A stretch of DNA of 62,917 nucleotides, the filler included. It is 6 parts of 6 records of this genome, joined end to end, with 100 filler letters (N's around TTAATTAATTAA, not from the genome) between each part and the next. Parts side by side here need not be neighbours in the genome. Positions count along the whole stretch, not along the records: positions 1 to 30,996 come from SRR20825010_3254; 5 more parts are not named here. One strand, given 5' to 3'. Each line of letters starts with the position of its first letter. The first letter of the stretch is position 1. This document shows positions 1 to 9,874 of this stretch, piece after piece. The notes beneath the pieces are model-generated. The model had not been told where the DNA came from, searched no databases, and saw only the letters and a list, made by a program, of their open reading frames with translations. The position numbers were made by a program, and so were the translations under genes.

Positions 1-1
1 G

Positions 2-2269
2 GAAATGCTTAGTTCGTTTCATTACTATGGTGTTAGTGATTTATCAATAGACAATACCGAAGTTGACAACAAAACAGATTTTAGATATTTAAACACGGGT
101 GAACGAGTTGAACGAATCATTGAAAAGGCAAAATTCTACGGAACTGATAATGGAATTACTAGAGGCTTAATTTTTTGTGCTAGAAATGAAGAGGCAGATG
201 AATTATCGGCTTTATTTAATGCAAAAGGATTTAAAACCATAGCCTTAAGGGGCGATAGTTCTGAAGAAGAAAGAGAAAATTCCATTGAAAAATTAGAGAC
301 CGATAGCCTAAGCGAAAAATATGATTACGTATTCACTGTAGACATATTCAATGAGGGAATTGATATTCCAAAAATCAATCAGATCATCATGTTGCGTCCA
401 ACCCAGTCTGCAATTATTTTTATTCAGCAGTTGGGAAGAGGGTTAAGAAAGGTTGATGGAAAAGGTTATTTAACAGTAATCGATTTCATAGGAAACTATG
501 AAAACAACTACCTCATCCCTATCGCCTTGTATGGTGATACATCTTACAACAAAGACTCTTTGAGGAAATTGATAACGGAAGGCAGTAGAATGATTCCTGG
601 AGCTTCTACCATCAATTTTGATGAAATCACCAAAGAAAGAATCTTTCAATCCATTGACTCTGCCAATATGCAATTGCTCTCTGACTTGAAAAAGGATTAC
701 AACCTTTTGAAATTCAAGTTGGGTCGAACTCCAATGATGATGGACTTTATTGAGCATGGTTCTCGTGATCCTTTCTTATTCGTGGATTACGCTAATTCCT
801 ATTACAACTTTATCGTAAAAGTTGAGAAAGCAGAAAACGTAGCATTATCAAAACAACAGATGAAATTACTGGAGTTGTTTGCTAAAGAAATAAACAACTC
901 AAAACGACTTGAAGAAAGTCTAATCCTCAAAACACTGATCGAATCAAGTAAACTTTCCGTGAAAGAATTGAAAGAACAAGTGCTTAAAAAGCATGGATAT
1001 TCCATTTCTGAAGAGACAATAAAATCTTGCGTTTCTAACTTGAATTTTGAGTTTGTTCGCGAAAAGAAAGACGGCAAAATGCTCCCTGCTAAAGATATCT
1101 ATGACTTAGATATTCTAAGCATTGTAAACGGAAATCTTGTCTTTTCGAACGCGTTTTCAGCACACTTGAATCAAACTGAATTCAAGCGCTTTCTGCTCGA
1201 TTCAGCAGCTTATTCGATTTACGAGTTCGACAGATTGTTTGACGCAGACAAATGGCAAAATGGATTTGTGCTTTACAGAAAGTATTCGCGGAAAGATGTG
1301 TTCAGAATATTGAATGTGGCGGAAAATCCCGTTGCCCAAAACGTAGGGGGATATCTTGTAAGTCCAGACAATGAACATTGTCCAATTTTTGTGAACTATC
1401 ACAAAGAAGAGCATATTTCGGAATCGACAAAGTATGAAGATGAGTTTGTAAACAACAAAGAATTTGATTGGATGTCAAAGTCTAATCGAACGTTGAAGAG
1501 TAATGATGTTCAGTCAATTTTAGGTCAAAACGGGCCTATTCGCCTACCGTTGTTTATCAAAAAAAACAATGATGAAGGAATGGACTTTTACTACATGGGC
1601 GAAGTAAGCCCTGAATTAAATCAAGTGAAACAAACCACCATGCCGAACGACAGTGGAAAGCAACTTTCAGTGGTGAAAATCAGATTCAATTTGGCTAACC
1701 CTGTGACATCTATCATGTACAATTATTTACATGAAAAGTCAGCAATCGAGACTGTTAAGCCAGCAAAAACAGCCAAAGTCATTCCGATTCAACAATCTTT
1801 GAGTTTTGAAGAAGAACTGAGAAACCCGATTCCATTCTATGACTTTTATGCTGCTGCAGGCACATTTAGCGAATTACAATCAGAGAAGGATTTTACTCTC
1901 ATTGAAGGTCCAGAAAACAGTTCAAGCAACGATTATTTCGCTTGTAAAATCATTGGTGAATCAATGAATAGACTCATCCCGAATGGTTCTATTTGCTTGT
2001 TCAAACCATACACTGGTGGTAGCAGGAATGGGAAAATTGTGTTGGTCGAAAACAAGGACATTCAAGACCCTGATTTCAACTCGGCATTTACCATCAAAAC
2101 TTACTCTAGCGAAAAGTCTGTTTCGGAAGAAACGTGGGGACACACTTCTGTCGTGTTAAGACCAAACTCATTTGATAGCTCTTACCAAAACATAATCATC
2201 ACCGAAGAAAACGCTGAAGAAATGAGGGTTGTTGGCGAGTTTGTGAAAGTTTTGATACATACCACTTAG
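2..2269 (+). CDS. SF2 helicase + DUF3427 protein (SauUSI-like type IV restriction enzyme architecture) with C-terminal S24/LexA-like peptidase domain; 5'-partial
   Basis: Frame is open to the window edge. Helicase motifs IV-VI: GLIFC, VDIFNEGIDIP, FIQQLGRGLR. DUF3427-like block: YSRKDV...PIFVNYHK...YEDEF...FDWMSKSNR...LFIKK...FYYMG. C-terminal AAAG / GESM / FTIK. The N-terminal PLD and DExH parts would lie upstream of the window. Confidence 0.8.
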   Translation, partial: EMLSSFHYYGVSDLSIDNTEVDNKTDFRYLNTGERVERIIEKAKFYGTDNGITRGLIFCARNEEADELSALFNAKGFKTIALRGDSSEEERENSIEKLETDSLSEKYDYVFTVDIFNEGIDIPKINQIIMLRPTQSAIIFIQQLGRGLRKVDGKGYLTVIDFIGNYENNYLIPIALYGDTSYNKDSLRKLITEGSRMIPGASTINFDEITKERIFQSIDSANMQLLSDLKKDYNLLKFKLGRTPMMMDFIEHGSRDPFLFVDYANSYYNFIVKVEKAENVALSKQQMKLLELFAKEINNSKRLEESLILKTLIESSKLSVKELKEQVLKKHGYSISEETIKSCVSNLNFEFVREKKDGKMLPAKDIYDLDILSIVNGNLVFSNAFSAHLNQTEFKRFLLDSAAYSIYEFDRLFDADKWQNGFVLYRKYSRKDVFRILNVAENPVAQNVGGYLVSPDNEHCPIFVNYHKEEHISESTKYEDEFVNNKEFDWMSKSNRTLKSNDVQSILGQNGPIRLPLFIKKNNDEGMDFYYMGEVSPELNQVKQTTMPNDSGKQLSVVKIRFNLANPVTSIMYNYLHEKSAIETVKPAKTAKVIPIQQSLSFEEELRNPIPFYDFYAAAGTFSELQSEKDFTLIEGPENSSSNDYFACKIIGESMNRLIPNGSICLFKPYTGGSRNGKIVLVENKDIQDPDFNSAFTIKTYSSEKSVSEETWGHTSVVLRPNSFDSSYQNIIITEENAEEMRVVGEFVKVLIHTT

Positions 2270-2301
2270 TAAGTGGTATAGACATCTCTAGTTTTTCGCC
2301 C

Positions 2302-2322
2302 TTGTTGGTGTTGTCACCAACA
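2302..2322. repeat. Palindromic REP-like element, copy 1 (TTGTTGGTGTTGTCACCAACA)
   Basis: Hairpin TGTTGGTG-ttgt-CACCAACA between convergent genes; exact 21-nt reverse complement at 5352-5372. Confidence 0.7.
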
Positions 2323-2343
2323 GGCAACCTTTCTCTTTATTCC

Positions 2344-3276
2344 CTAATGTATAATTCTAGACTTTGTAGACAGAATATGTTTGAATTCACCAGGAGTGAT
2401 TAATTCATATTCTTTGAATTTCTTATTGAAATAGCTAGGGTTGTTAAAACCCGACAAGTAAGCTATCTCGGAAATCTGGTAGTTCGTGCTTTTTATAAGC
2501 TTCTTAGAAAGCTTAATCCGTTCGCAGGTAATATAATCTATGGGCGATATGCCCAAGGTGTTTTTGAAAACCTTGAAAAAATGGGACTTGCTCATACAAG
2601 CTTTGTCTACCAATTTGTCAATGGATATGTTCTCTGTAAGGTGTGCCTTGATATAACTAATCGCATAAGCAATTCGATGATCACTCAAGAAGTTTTCAGT
2701 ACTTTCTAACAAAGAGTTTCTGGCTTTAGACTGTAATAACCTTATGATCAACTCCTTAATAATACCATCAATAAAGATATCTTTCGAAGTATGATCTTCG
2801 GTAAACGTAAACACCAACCTATCTACCAACTGTTGAATTCCCTTATGGTTATCTAAATGAAATGAATTTTCTGCTAAATCCCAGTTTCCATTCTCCTGCA
2901 AATCAATAATTGTCATTTCGTTAAAAGAGTCTACTACCTCATTTATTTTACTCGGATCAATAGTGAGTGCCAAACATTGGGTAGGTGTTTTCCTTGTGGC
3001 TTCAGGAAAATCAATCAACATCGTTTTACCACTAGGAATCACTACAGATTCACCCGGAAAAAAATCAAAGGAAGTCATGTCTTCAAGATGCATTACCTTT
3101 TTACCCGTAAGCATGCTGGCCAAAACTGGGTAATCAAATGTTAGACTAACCTTTTCAGCCGCTTGGTGAGTTTCAAAAATATTAAGTTCCGAATAGGCCG
3201 AGTTATATACCGTGTAATTCTCAACCAATGTGGTTAATTTTCTTTCCCGCTTATGCTTTTGGAGTAGTCTTTCCAT
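2344..3276 (-). CDS. AraC-family transcriptional regulator
   Basis: C-terminal double HTH (ACMSKSHFFKVFK...GFNNPSYFNKKFK); divergent from the aldehyde dehydrogenase gene. Confidence 0.9.
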   Translation of the reverse strand: MERLLQKHKRERKLTTLVENYTVYNSAYSELNIFETHQAAEKVSLTFDYPVLASMLTGKKVMHLEDMTSFDFFPGESVVIPSGKTMLIDFPEATRKTPTQCLALTIDPSKINEVVDSFNEMTIIDLQENGNWDLAENSFHLDNHKGIQQLVDRLVFTFTEDHTSKDIFIDGIIKELIIRLLQSKARNSLLESTENFLSDHRIAYAISYIKAHLTENISIDKLVDKACMSKSHFFKVFKNTLGISPIDYITCERIKLSKKLIKSTNYQISEIAYLSGFNNPSYFNKKFKEYELITPGEFKHILSTKSRIIH

Positions 3277-3393
3277 GGTTTAAGGTAGAATCAGATTTTC
3301 ATTTCATTTTCTAAGATTATCGTCTTATCAGATTTTATTGTTTTGAACGAGCTTGGGTTTTATTCAGTGTAATAAATCTAAAGAAAAAACAAT

Positions 3394-4893
3394 ATGAGTT
3401 ACAGCAAACCAAAATTTAAGGAAAAATACGGAAATTTCATCAACGGTCAGTTCGTTGCCCCTGTCGATGGTGAGTATTTCGATAACACCTCCCCTGTTGA
3501 CAATTCCTTGATTGCAAAATATCCAAGGTCAAAAGAAGCCGATGTAGTCAATGCAGTAGCCGCAGCAAAAGCCGCAAAAGATGCTTGGGGCAATACCTCA
3601 GCAGCCGCTAGAGCAGCATTACTCAATAAAGTAGCCGATATTATTGAAGCCAACCTTGAAGAATTCGCGTTGGTAGAAACTTGCGATAATGGCAAGCCCA
3701 TCAGAGAAACTCTAAATGCTGATGTCCCCTTGGCTGTTGACCACTGGCGATATTTTGCAGCAGTAATTAGAGCAGAAGAAGGTTCGGCTACGGAATTGGA
3801 CGAAAACACGCTCTCTATGAACATCAAAGAACCGCTGGGTGTTGTAGCGCAAATTATTCCTTGGAATTTCCCGCTATTGATGTTGTCTTGGAAGCTTCCT
3901 CCTGCGTTGGCAGCTGGTAACTGCGTGGTATTAAAACCTGCAGAGCAAACACCTTCTTCAGCTACTTTATTAATGGAAAAAATTGCCGAGGTATTCCCTC
4001 CTGGTGTAGTAAATGTAATTCACGGTTTTGGTCCAGAAGCAGGAAAGCCATTGGCCTCTAGCTCAGAAGTAGACAAAGTAGCCTTTACAGGAGAAACCAC
4101 TACGGGACAGCTCATAATGCAATATGCGTCTAAAAACCTAAATCCAGTAACCATGGAATTGGGTGGTAAATCACCAAATATTTTCTTCAACAGTGTAATG
4201 GACGAAGATGATGCTTACTTAGACAAAGCCATTGAAGGAGCGGTATTGTTCGCTTTCAATCAAGGTGAAGTTTGTACTTGCCCTTCAAGGTTATTGGTGC
4301 AAGAAGACATCTATGATAAATTCATGGAGCGCGTAATCGCCAGAACCGAAGCGATTGTACAGTCGAGTCCTTATGACACTGCCTGTATGGTAGGTGCTCA
4401 GGCTTCTAATGACCAATTCGAGAAAATTTTATCTTATATCAAAATTGGAAAAGAAGAAGGTGCCAAGGTATTGACTGGCGGTGAGGCTTGTAAATTGGAT
4501 GGAGAGCTTGGGAACGGATTCTACGTACAGCCAACCATTTTGGAAGGCCACAATAAGATGAGGGTATTCCAAGAAGAAATCTTCGGCCCTGTAGTTTGTG
4601 TTACCAAATTCAAAGATGAAGCCGAAGCATTGGAAATTGCCAATGACACGCTCTACGGTTTAGGTGCTGGCGTTTGGACAAGAGATGCGCATCAGCTGTA
4701 TCAAATTCCAAGAGCGATTAAAGCAGGTAGAGTTTGGGTGAATTGTTACCATGCATACCCTGCACATGCGCCTTTTGGTGGATACAAAAAGTCAGGTTTT
4801 GGTAGAGAAAATCATTTAATGATGATGAACTACTATCGTCAAAACAAGAATATGTTGATTTCTTATGACAAAAATAAATTGGGCTTCTTTTAG
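3394..4893 (+). CDS. aldB: NAD(P)-dependent aldehyde dehydrogenase, AldB/ExaC type
   Basis: [42 protein letters not shown] (catalytic Cys), EEIFGPV, final KLGFF. Confidence 0.92.
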   Translation: MSYSKPKFKEKYGNFINGQFVAPVDGEYFDNTSPVDNSLIAKYPRSKEADVVNAVAAAKAAKDAWGNTSAAARAALLNKVADIIEANLEEFALVETCDNGKPIRETLNADVPLAVDHWRYFAAVIRAEEGSATELDENTLSMNIKEPLGVVAQIIPWNFPLLMLSWKLPPALAAGNCVVLKPAEQTPSSATLLMEKIAEVFPPGVVNVIHGFGPEAGKPLASSSEVDKVAFTGETTTGQLIMQYASKNLNPVTMELGGKSPNIFFNSVMDEDDAYLDKAIEGAVLFAFNQGEVCTCPSRLLVQEDIYDKFMERVIARTEAIVQSSPYDTACMVGAQASNDQFEKILSYIKIGKEEGAKVLTGGEACKLDGELGNGFYVQPTILEGHNKMRVFQEEIFGPVVCVTKFKDEAEALEIANDTLYGLGAGVWTRDAHQLYQIPRAIKAGRVWVNCYHAYPAHAPFGGYKKSGFGRENHLMMMNYYRQNKNMLISYDKNKLGFF

Positions 4894-4914
4894 TATATCT
4901 CCAACATTAAAATC

Positions 4915-4947
4915 AAAGGCAAGCCAAATTTGAGGCTTGCCTTTTTA
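4915..4947 (+). terminator. Intrinsic terminator after aldB
   Basis: AAAGGCAAGCC-loop-GGCTTGCCTTT followed by T-rich tail. Confidence 0.7.
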
Positions 4948-4956
4948 TTACCTAAA

Positions 4957-5340
4957 ATGAAAGTCATGAAGCCAGAAAGAGTAGCCATAACAGAAAAAGC
5001 CGCAGCACTTGTAAAGCAACTCCAAGAAAAACACGGTGAACTTATTTTTCATCAAAGCGGAGGTTGTTGCGATGGTTCTTCCCCCATGATATTCGAAAAA
5101 GAAGACATGTATTTAGATGATAGTGACGTGCTTTTAGGTCAAATCGCTGGCGTAAATTACTACATGAACAAAGACCAATTTGACTATTGGAAACACACAC
5201 ATCTTACTGTAGACATTACTGAAGGCAGAGGCTCAAGCTTCTCCTTGGAAATCCCCTTGGGTTTCCGCTTCATTATTCAATCGAGATTATTCAGCGATGA
5301 AGAAAATGCTGTATTGAATAACTCTTCGGTTGGCGAATAA
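4957..5340 (+). CDS. DUF779 family protein (aldehyde dehydrogenase-associated)
   Basis: FHQSGGCCDGSSPM and GRGSSFSLEIPLG motifs; typical position after aldB. Start at ATG 4957 or 4966. Confidence 0.85.
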   Translation: MKVMKPERVAITEKAAALVKQLQEKHGELIFHQSGGCCDGSSPMIFEKEDMYLDDSDVLLGQIAGVNYYMNKDQFDYWKHTHLTVDITEGRGSSFSLEIPLGFRFIIQSRLFSDEENAVLNNSSVGE

Positions 5341-5351
5341 CCTTGACAGTT

Positions 5352-5372
5352 TGTTGGTGACAACACCAACAA
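5352..5372. repeat. Palindromic REP-like element, copy 2 (inverted relative to copy 1)
   Basis: TGTTGGTGACAACACCAACAA = reverse complement of 2302-2322; also between convergent genes. Confidence 0.7.
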
Positions 5373-5383
5373 AGGTGGAAGCC

Positions 5384-6085
5384 CTACTCCTTTAACAACT
5401 CCAGCACATTCGCGTGGTAAAGTTTGCCAATAGGGACAGTATGGCCTGCTACTTGAATTCTGTTGCCTTCAACACTAACAATATGTGTTTTAGCGACAAC
5501 AAAGGATTTATGCACTTGGATAAAATCAGAGGAAGCCAATCGCACTAATAAATCTGAGATTTTCTCTCTGACCAATAGCGTGCTATCTGTTAAAACGACT
5601 TTGGCATAATTTCCTGCGGCTTCAATATAGAGCACGCCTGCTACCTTCACTTGAACGTGTTTCTTATCGCTATACAGAAAGATATGTTCGGGTTGCGTAT
5701 TCTCTGCTTGCGGAGTGATTGGAGGAGCACTTGCTTTCACCTGAGTAGCTTTGTTTACGGCCTTTAAAAAGCGTTCAAAACCAAAAGGCTTTAATAGGTA
5801 ATCAGCAATTTCTAACTCATAACCTTCGAGCGCATATTCCTTATAAGCAGTCGTAACAATCACTTTGGGTGGATTGGTCAGCGTTTTCAGAAACTCGAAG
5901 CCCTTCAATTTGGGCATATTTAAATCCAGAAAAATTAAGTCGACTGTATTTTCTCTCATACAATCCAGGGCTTCTAAAGCATCATAGCAATGTTTGACCA
6001 ACTCCATATTCGGTAGTATGTCACAGTAACCCTTGATAATTTGATGGGCCATGTGTTCATCGTCTATGATCAGGTATTTAATCAT
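5384..6085 (-). CDS. LytTR-family response regulator
   Basis: Receiver domain (IIDDE, FLDLNMP, DYLLKP) plus LytTR domain (FIQVHKSFVV). Confidence 0.92.
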   Translation of the reverse strand: MIKYLIIDDEHMAHQIIKGYCDILPNMELVKHCYDALEALDCMRENTVDLIFLDLNMPKLKGFEFLKTLTNPPKVIVTTAYKEYALEGYELEIADYLLKPFGFERFLKAVNKATQVKASAPPITPQAENTQPEHIFLYSDKKHVQVKVAGVLYIEAAGNYAKVVLTDSTLLVREKISDLLVRLASSDFIQVHKSFVVAKTHIVSVEGNRIQVAGHTVPIGKLYHANVLELLKE

Positions 6086-6900
6086 TTTCGCAATTGCAGT
6101 TGTGCCTTGAAAACGGAGTTTTCATTACTTAATATGAACTCATGCTTATTAACATAAGCCAATTCGAGTCTGCGTTTTAGGTTTTTCAAACCAATTCCGC
6201 TTTTCTCGGGAAGTTCGGCAGCATCAAAATTATTCTCTATTTCAAAATCCACCACTCCCTTATTTGAATTTAACCGAATCTTGATAAAGGCATTCTCTCT
6301 GAGATTTTCCACCCCGTGTTTGAAAGCATTCTCCAATAAAATAATGAAGATTAAAGGCATTACTTTGGTCTCTTCCTCATCAATATCAGTATTGAATTTT
6401 ATATCAATACTTTTATGATAACGCATTTTATGAAGTTCAATATAGTTCTTTAAATACGCGACTTCCTCTTTGAGGGACACCAAACGCTTCTCCCCTTCAT
6501 AAATACTGTAGCGCATCAAGTCGGATAGTTTAAGAATCAGCTGTTTCGATTTATCAATATCTTTGTCCACCATGCCGTACAGATTGTTTAGCATGTTAAA
6601 AAAGAAGTGTGGATTTACCTGACTCTGCAAATGGAGTAACTCATTTTTCGTGTTTTCATGCTTCAACTTTAATACAGATTTCACCTGTATGATGATCCAG
6701 ATGATTCCAGCCACGAGTAAAATTGCATAGTAGATAATCACTATAATTGCGAAAGCCTGCGGGTAGTCGCCCAGAAAAATAACAGACTCCTTCCCACCTA
6801 TTGTCAATTCATAGGCCGTGATTCCCAAAGGAATGGCCACAGTGATGAAGATTATAATTTTAGCTAAGAGCCAGTTATTTCGTTTCAGCATTGAAATCAT
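6082..6900 (-). CDS. LytS/His_kinase-family sensor histidine kinase
   Basis: Two TM segments, SQVNPHFFFNMLNN, ENAFKHG, GIGLKN; overlaps the regulator start by 4 nt. Start at 6900 or 6891. Confidence 0.9.
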   Translation of the reverse strand: MISMLKRNNWLLAKIIIFITVAIPLGITAYELTIGGKESVIFLGDYPQAFAIIVIIYYAILLVAGIIWIIIQVKSVLKLKHENTKNELLHLQSQVNPHFFFNMLNNLYGMVDKDIDKSKQLILKLSDLMRYSIYEGEKRLVSLKEEVAYLKNYIELHKMRYHKSIDIKFNTDIDEEETKVMPLIFIILLENAFKHGVENLRENAFIKIRLNSNKGVVDFEIENNFDAAELPEKSGIGLKNLKRRLELAYVNKHEFILSNENSVFKAQLQLRK

Positions 6901-7118
6901 CTTGAAAAATAAGCAGGTTAAAAGAAAACCGCGCGAAAATGTGATGAACATTCATTTTTCAGGGGCATAAAACCATCAAAGCGCAGATAACACCCTTATG
7001 CCCACTCCAGAACATTACATCCCCGAATCTGCGACACTGATCACATAAATTTAAGTGTCACACATCTTCAATAGATATTCACCGATCAAAAACTCAATAT
7101 CTATTAAAATTCACCAAG

Positions 7119-8291
7119 ATGAAAAAAAGAATTTTCCGCTATTTAAAGCACGTATCCCTGACCTTTCTAGTACTCGCACTCCTCGCCATTGCATTTGGTT
7201 TATACCATGGCGCAAGTGCTAGTTTTGGCCATAACCCATTAAGTCTATCTTTCGATGGTGAAGGCCCCTATGTTTTCTATAAAAACGATAGCACACTGAA
7301 TGTTAAATACATAAAAGGAAATAAAGACGATGGTTTTTATCTAGACCAAGCGGAATATTCAACCGCTGATGCAATCCCTGCCCGTTCCTTTTTCGCATTG
7401 GACGCTTCCACTTTCAATTTCACGATCAATACTGATTTTGAAACCCCAAAAAGCACTTATAACGATAACAACCCTATCCTCGCCATTTCTGACCTAGAGA
7501 GTGGGTACAAAACCTTTCGTGATTTCCTCATCAGCAACAAGGTGATCGATCAAAATCTCAACTGGACATTTGGGAAAGGGCATTTAGTATTGGTAGGCGA
7601 TTTTGTGGACAGAGGTTTCTCTACTACGCAACTACTTTGGTTCATCTATAAATTAGAACAAGATGCTAAAAAACAAGGTGGTAATGTGCATTTCATTATT
7701 GGCAACCATGAGTTAAAAAACATGCATGGCGACTATGAGGCCACAGAACTTAAATACACCTATGTGGCGGCTATGTTAGGGAAAACACAAGCCAATTTAT
7801 ATGATTCAAATTCGGTTTTGGGGAAATGGATGGCCAGTAAAAATGTGATCGAATCCATTAATGGAAACCTCTTTGCTCATGGAGGTTTACATCCAGACAT
7901 CGCCAGCCTCGGTATGTCTTTAGATGAAATCAATGATTTTTTAAGGGCTAATTACGACACCGCCCCTTACCCTAAAGCCATCAAAAGTAAAACCGACCTT
8001 TTGCTCTCCACAAAAACGGGGATTTGTTGGTACCGTGGTTATTTCAAAGAAGACTTAACGCAAGAAGATGTCGAAAATCCTTTGACTCAATTCAATTCCA
8101 AAGCCATTATAGTTGGCCATACGCTTCAGTCGAAAGTAAAAAGTTTCTATAATGGAAAAGTTATTGGGATTGATGTGAAGCACTCAAAAGATTACCATAA
8201 AAATTGGCCTGATAAAGACTCAGAAGGGTTACTCATAACGGAAGGGAAATACTATCGCCTATTGGCCAATGGCGAAAGGGAAGACTTATAA
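7119..8291 (+). CDS. Membrane-anchored calcineurin-like metallophosphoesterase
   Basis: N-terminal TM; SDLES, GDFVDRG, GNHE, HGG and VGHT motifs. Confidence 0.85.
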   Translation: MKKRIFRYLKHVSLTFLVLALLAIAFGLYHGASASFGHNPLSLSFDGEGPYVFYKNDSTLNVKYIKGNKDDGFYLDQAEYSTADAIPARSFFALDASTFNFTINTDFETPKSTYNDNNPILAISDLESGYKTFRDFLISNKVIDQNLNWTFGKGHLVLVGDFVDRGFSTTQLLWFIYKLEQDAKKQGGNVHFIIGNHELKNMHGDYEATELKYTYVAAMLGKTQANLYDSNSVLGKWMASKNVIESINGNLFAHGGLHPDIASLGMSLDEINDFLRANYDTAPYPKAIKSKTDLLLSTKTGICWYRGYFKEDLTQEDVENPLTQFNSKAIIVGHTLQSKVKSFYNGKVIGIDVKHSKDYHKNWPDKDSEGLLITEGKYYRLLANGEREDL

Positions 8292-8382
8292 GCCTTCCGC
8301 TTTCAATCAAATCATAAACTTCTTAGATTGTTGTCAAATTACTGGGTGAATAAAAGCCCTTTACTTTGGTCAAGTGATTTAA

Positions 8383-9351
8383 ATGAAAGCATTTACAAAA
8401 CTCAAATACGGTGGCCCCGAAGTTCTTCAATTAGAGGAAATAGAAAGGCCAACGATAAAAGAGGGTCATATTCTAGTCCGCGTTGTGGCGAATTCTGCCA
8501 ACCCTGCCGATTGGCACATTTTAAGAGGAAAACCTTTTTTTGCACGATTCACATTCGGGCTGCTAAAACCAAAAGATAAAGTGTTGGGTGCTGACTTTTC
8601 TGGTATTGTAGAGGAAGTAGCCAGTAATGTAAGTCGTTTTAAGGTCGGTGACCATGTATTTGGAGAGAAAATGCTAGGAGGTGCTTTTGCGGAGTACATC
8701 TGTGTATCGGATGCGGTTTGTGCAAAAATGCCCATGGAAATTGGATTTCCTGAAATGGCTGCGGTTCCAATAGCGGGATTAACGGCCTTACAAGCCCTGA
8801 TCACGCATGGTCAACTTAAAGCGGGAGAATCGGTTTTAATCAATGGTTCTTCTGGTGGCGTTGGCCATTTTGCAGTACAAATTGCTAAAGCATATGGTGC
8901 TCAAGTAACGGCAGTTTGCTCAAGTAAAAGTGTCGAATTCGTGAAGTCATTAGGCGCTGATGAAGTCATAGCATATGATCAGGTAAATATTCATCAGTAT
9001 AAAGGCAAATACGATTTAGTTGTAGATACACATGGCAACCTTACACTCAAAGACTATAAACGATTAGGGCAAAGAGGAGTAGTTGTAGGCTTTACTAATA
9101 TGAATCACATGATCTCACTTCTGTTGAGTTCGGCATTTAGCAAATTCAAGCTAAGCCAATTTACCGCTAGTCCAAACCCATTCGATTTAGAAAAACTAGC
9201 TTCTCTAATTCAAACAGGAAGTATTCGGCCACATATAGAGAAAACCTATCCGTTCCATAAAATTCCAGAAGCCATAGCCTATATTGAAAACATGCACACC
9301 AAGGGAAAAGTGGTGATGGTTTGGCAAGATGGCAGTGACGAATTAAGCTAA
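8383..9351 (+). CDS. MDR-family NAD(P)-dependent oxidoreductase (quinone reductase-like)
   Basis: YGGPEVL, NPADW, GADFSG, INGSSGGVG, GKVV. Confidence 0.88.
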   Translation: MKAFTKLKYGGPEVLQLEEIERPTIKEGHILVRVVANSANPADWHILRGKPFFARFTFGLLKPKDKVLGADFSGIVEEVASNVSRFKVGDHVFGEKMLGGAFAEYICVSDAVCAKMPMEIGFPEMAAVPIAGLTALQALITHGQLKAGESVLINGSSGGVGHFAVQIAKAYGAQVTAVCSSKSVEFVKSLGADEVIAYDQVNIHQYKGKYDLVVDTHGNLTLKDYKRLGQRGVVVGFTNMNHMISLLLSSAFSKFKLSQFTASPNPFDLEKLASLIQTGSIRPHIEKTYPFHKIPEAIAYIENMHTKGKVVMVWQDGSDELS

Positions 9352-9397
9352 AATCGTAAACCACTTATGCTAACCAAAAAAGCTTTTACTTTAAAAA

Positions 9398-9841
9398 ATG
9401 AAGAACCTCATTAGCTTCAAAGTAGCCACAAAACTAAGTCTGGTAATATTCAGCCTGCTGGCTCTTTTTCATTTGGCTATCATCATTGGTATCGTTCTTT
9501 TCGACTACGCACCCATTGAGTATTTATGGGGTGGAAGAATGGAAACAAAGAACCAACTTTTGGGCTTTGAGTTTATCTCCTTTTTCATTACACTTCTATC
9601 TGTTATCGTGGTACTTATCCATGATCAAAGTTTAAGTAAGCCTCGGTTTAAGAAGGTCGCCCACATTTTTATTTGGGTATTGTTCGTAATGTTTGTGTTG
9701 AATACGGCCGGAAACATTGTGGCTGAAACAAACTTCGAAAAGTCATTTGCTGTTGTAACACTAACGCTCGCTATACTCTGCTTAAGAATGGCCTTAGAGA
9801 AAAAAGAAGGCTTAAAGAATCAAGATAATGATAAACTCTGA
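9398..9841 (+). CDS. Hypothetical 4-TM membrane protein
   Basis: Four hydrophobic segments with a WGGR motif; operon-like spacing. Confidence 0.7.
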   Translation: MKNLISFKVATKLSLVIFSLLALFHLAIIIGIVLFDYAPIEYLWGGRMETKNQLLGFEFISFFITLLSVIVVLIHDQSLSKPRFKKVAHIFIWVLFVMFVLNTAGNIVAETNFEKSFAVVTLTLAILCLRMALEKKEGLKNQDNDKL

Positions 9842-9874
9842 AGCCTTGCAAATCCAGTTTATAATTAAACTCAA

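Noticed and set aside
2302-5372. Palindromic 21-nt repeat as a CRISPR array
   Set aside because: Only two copies, 3 kb apart and inverted; no spacers and no cas genes.
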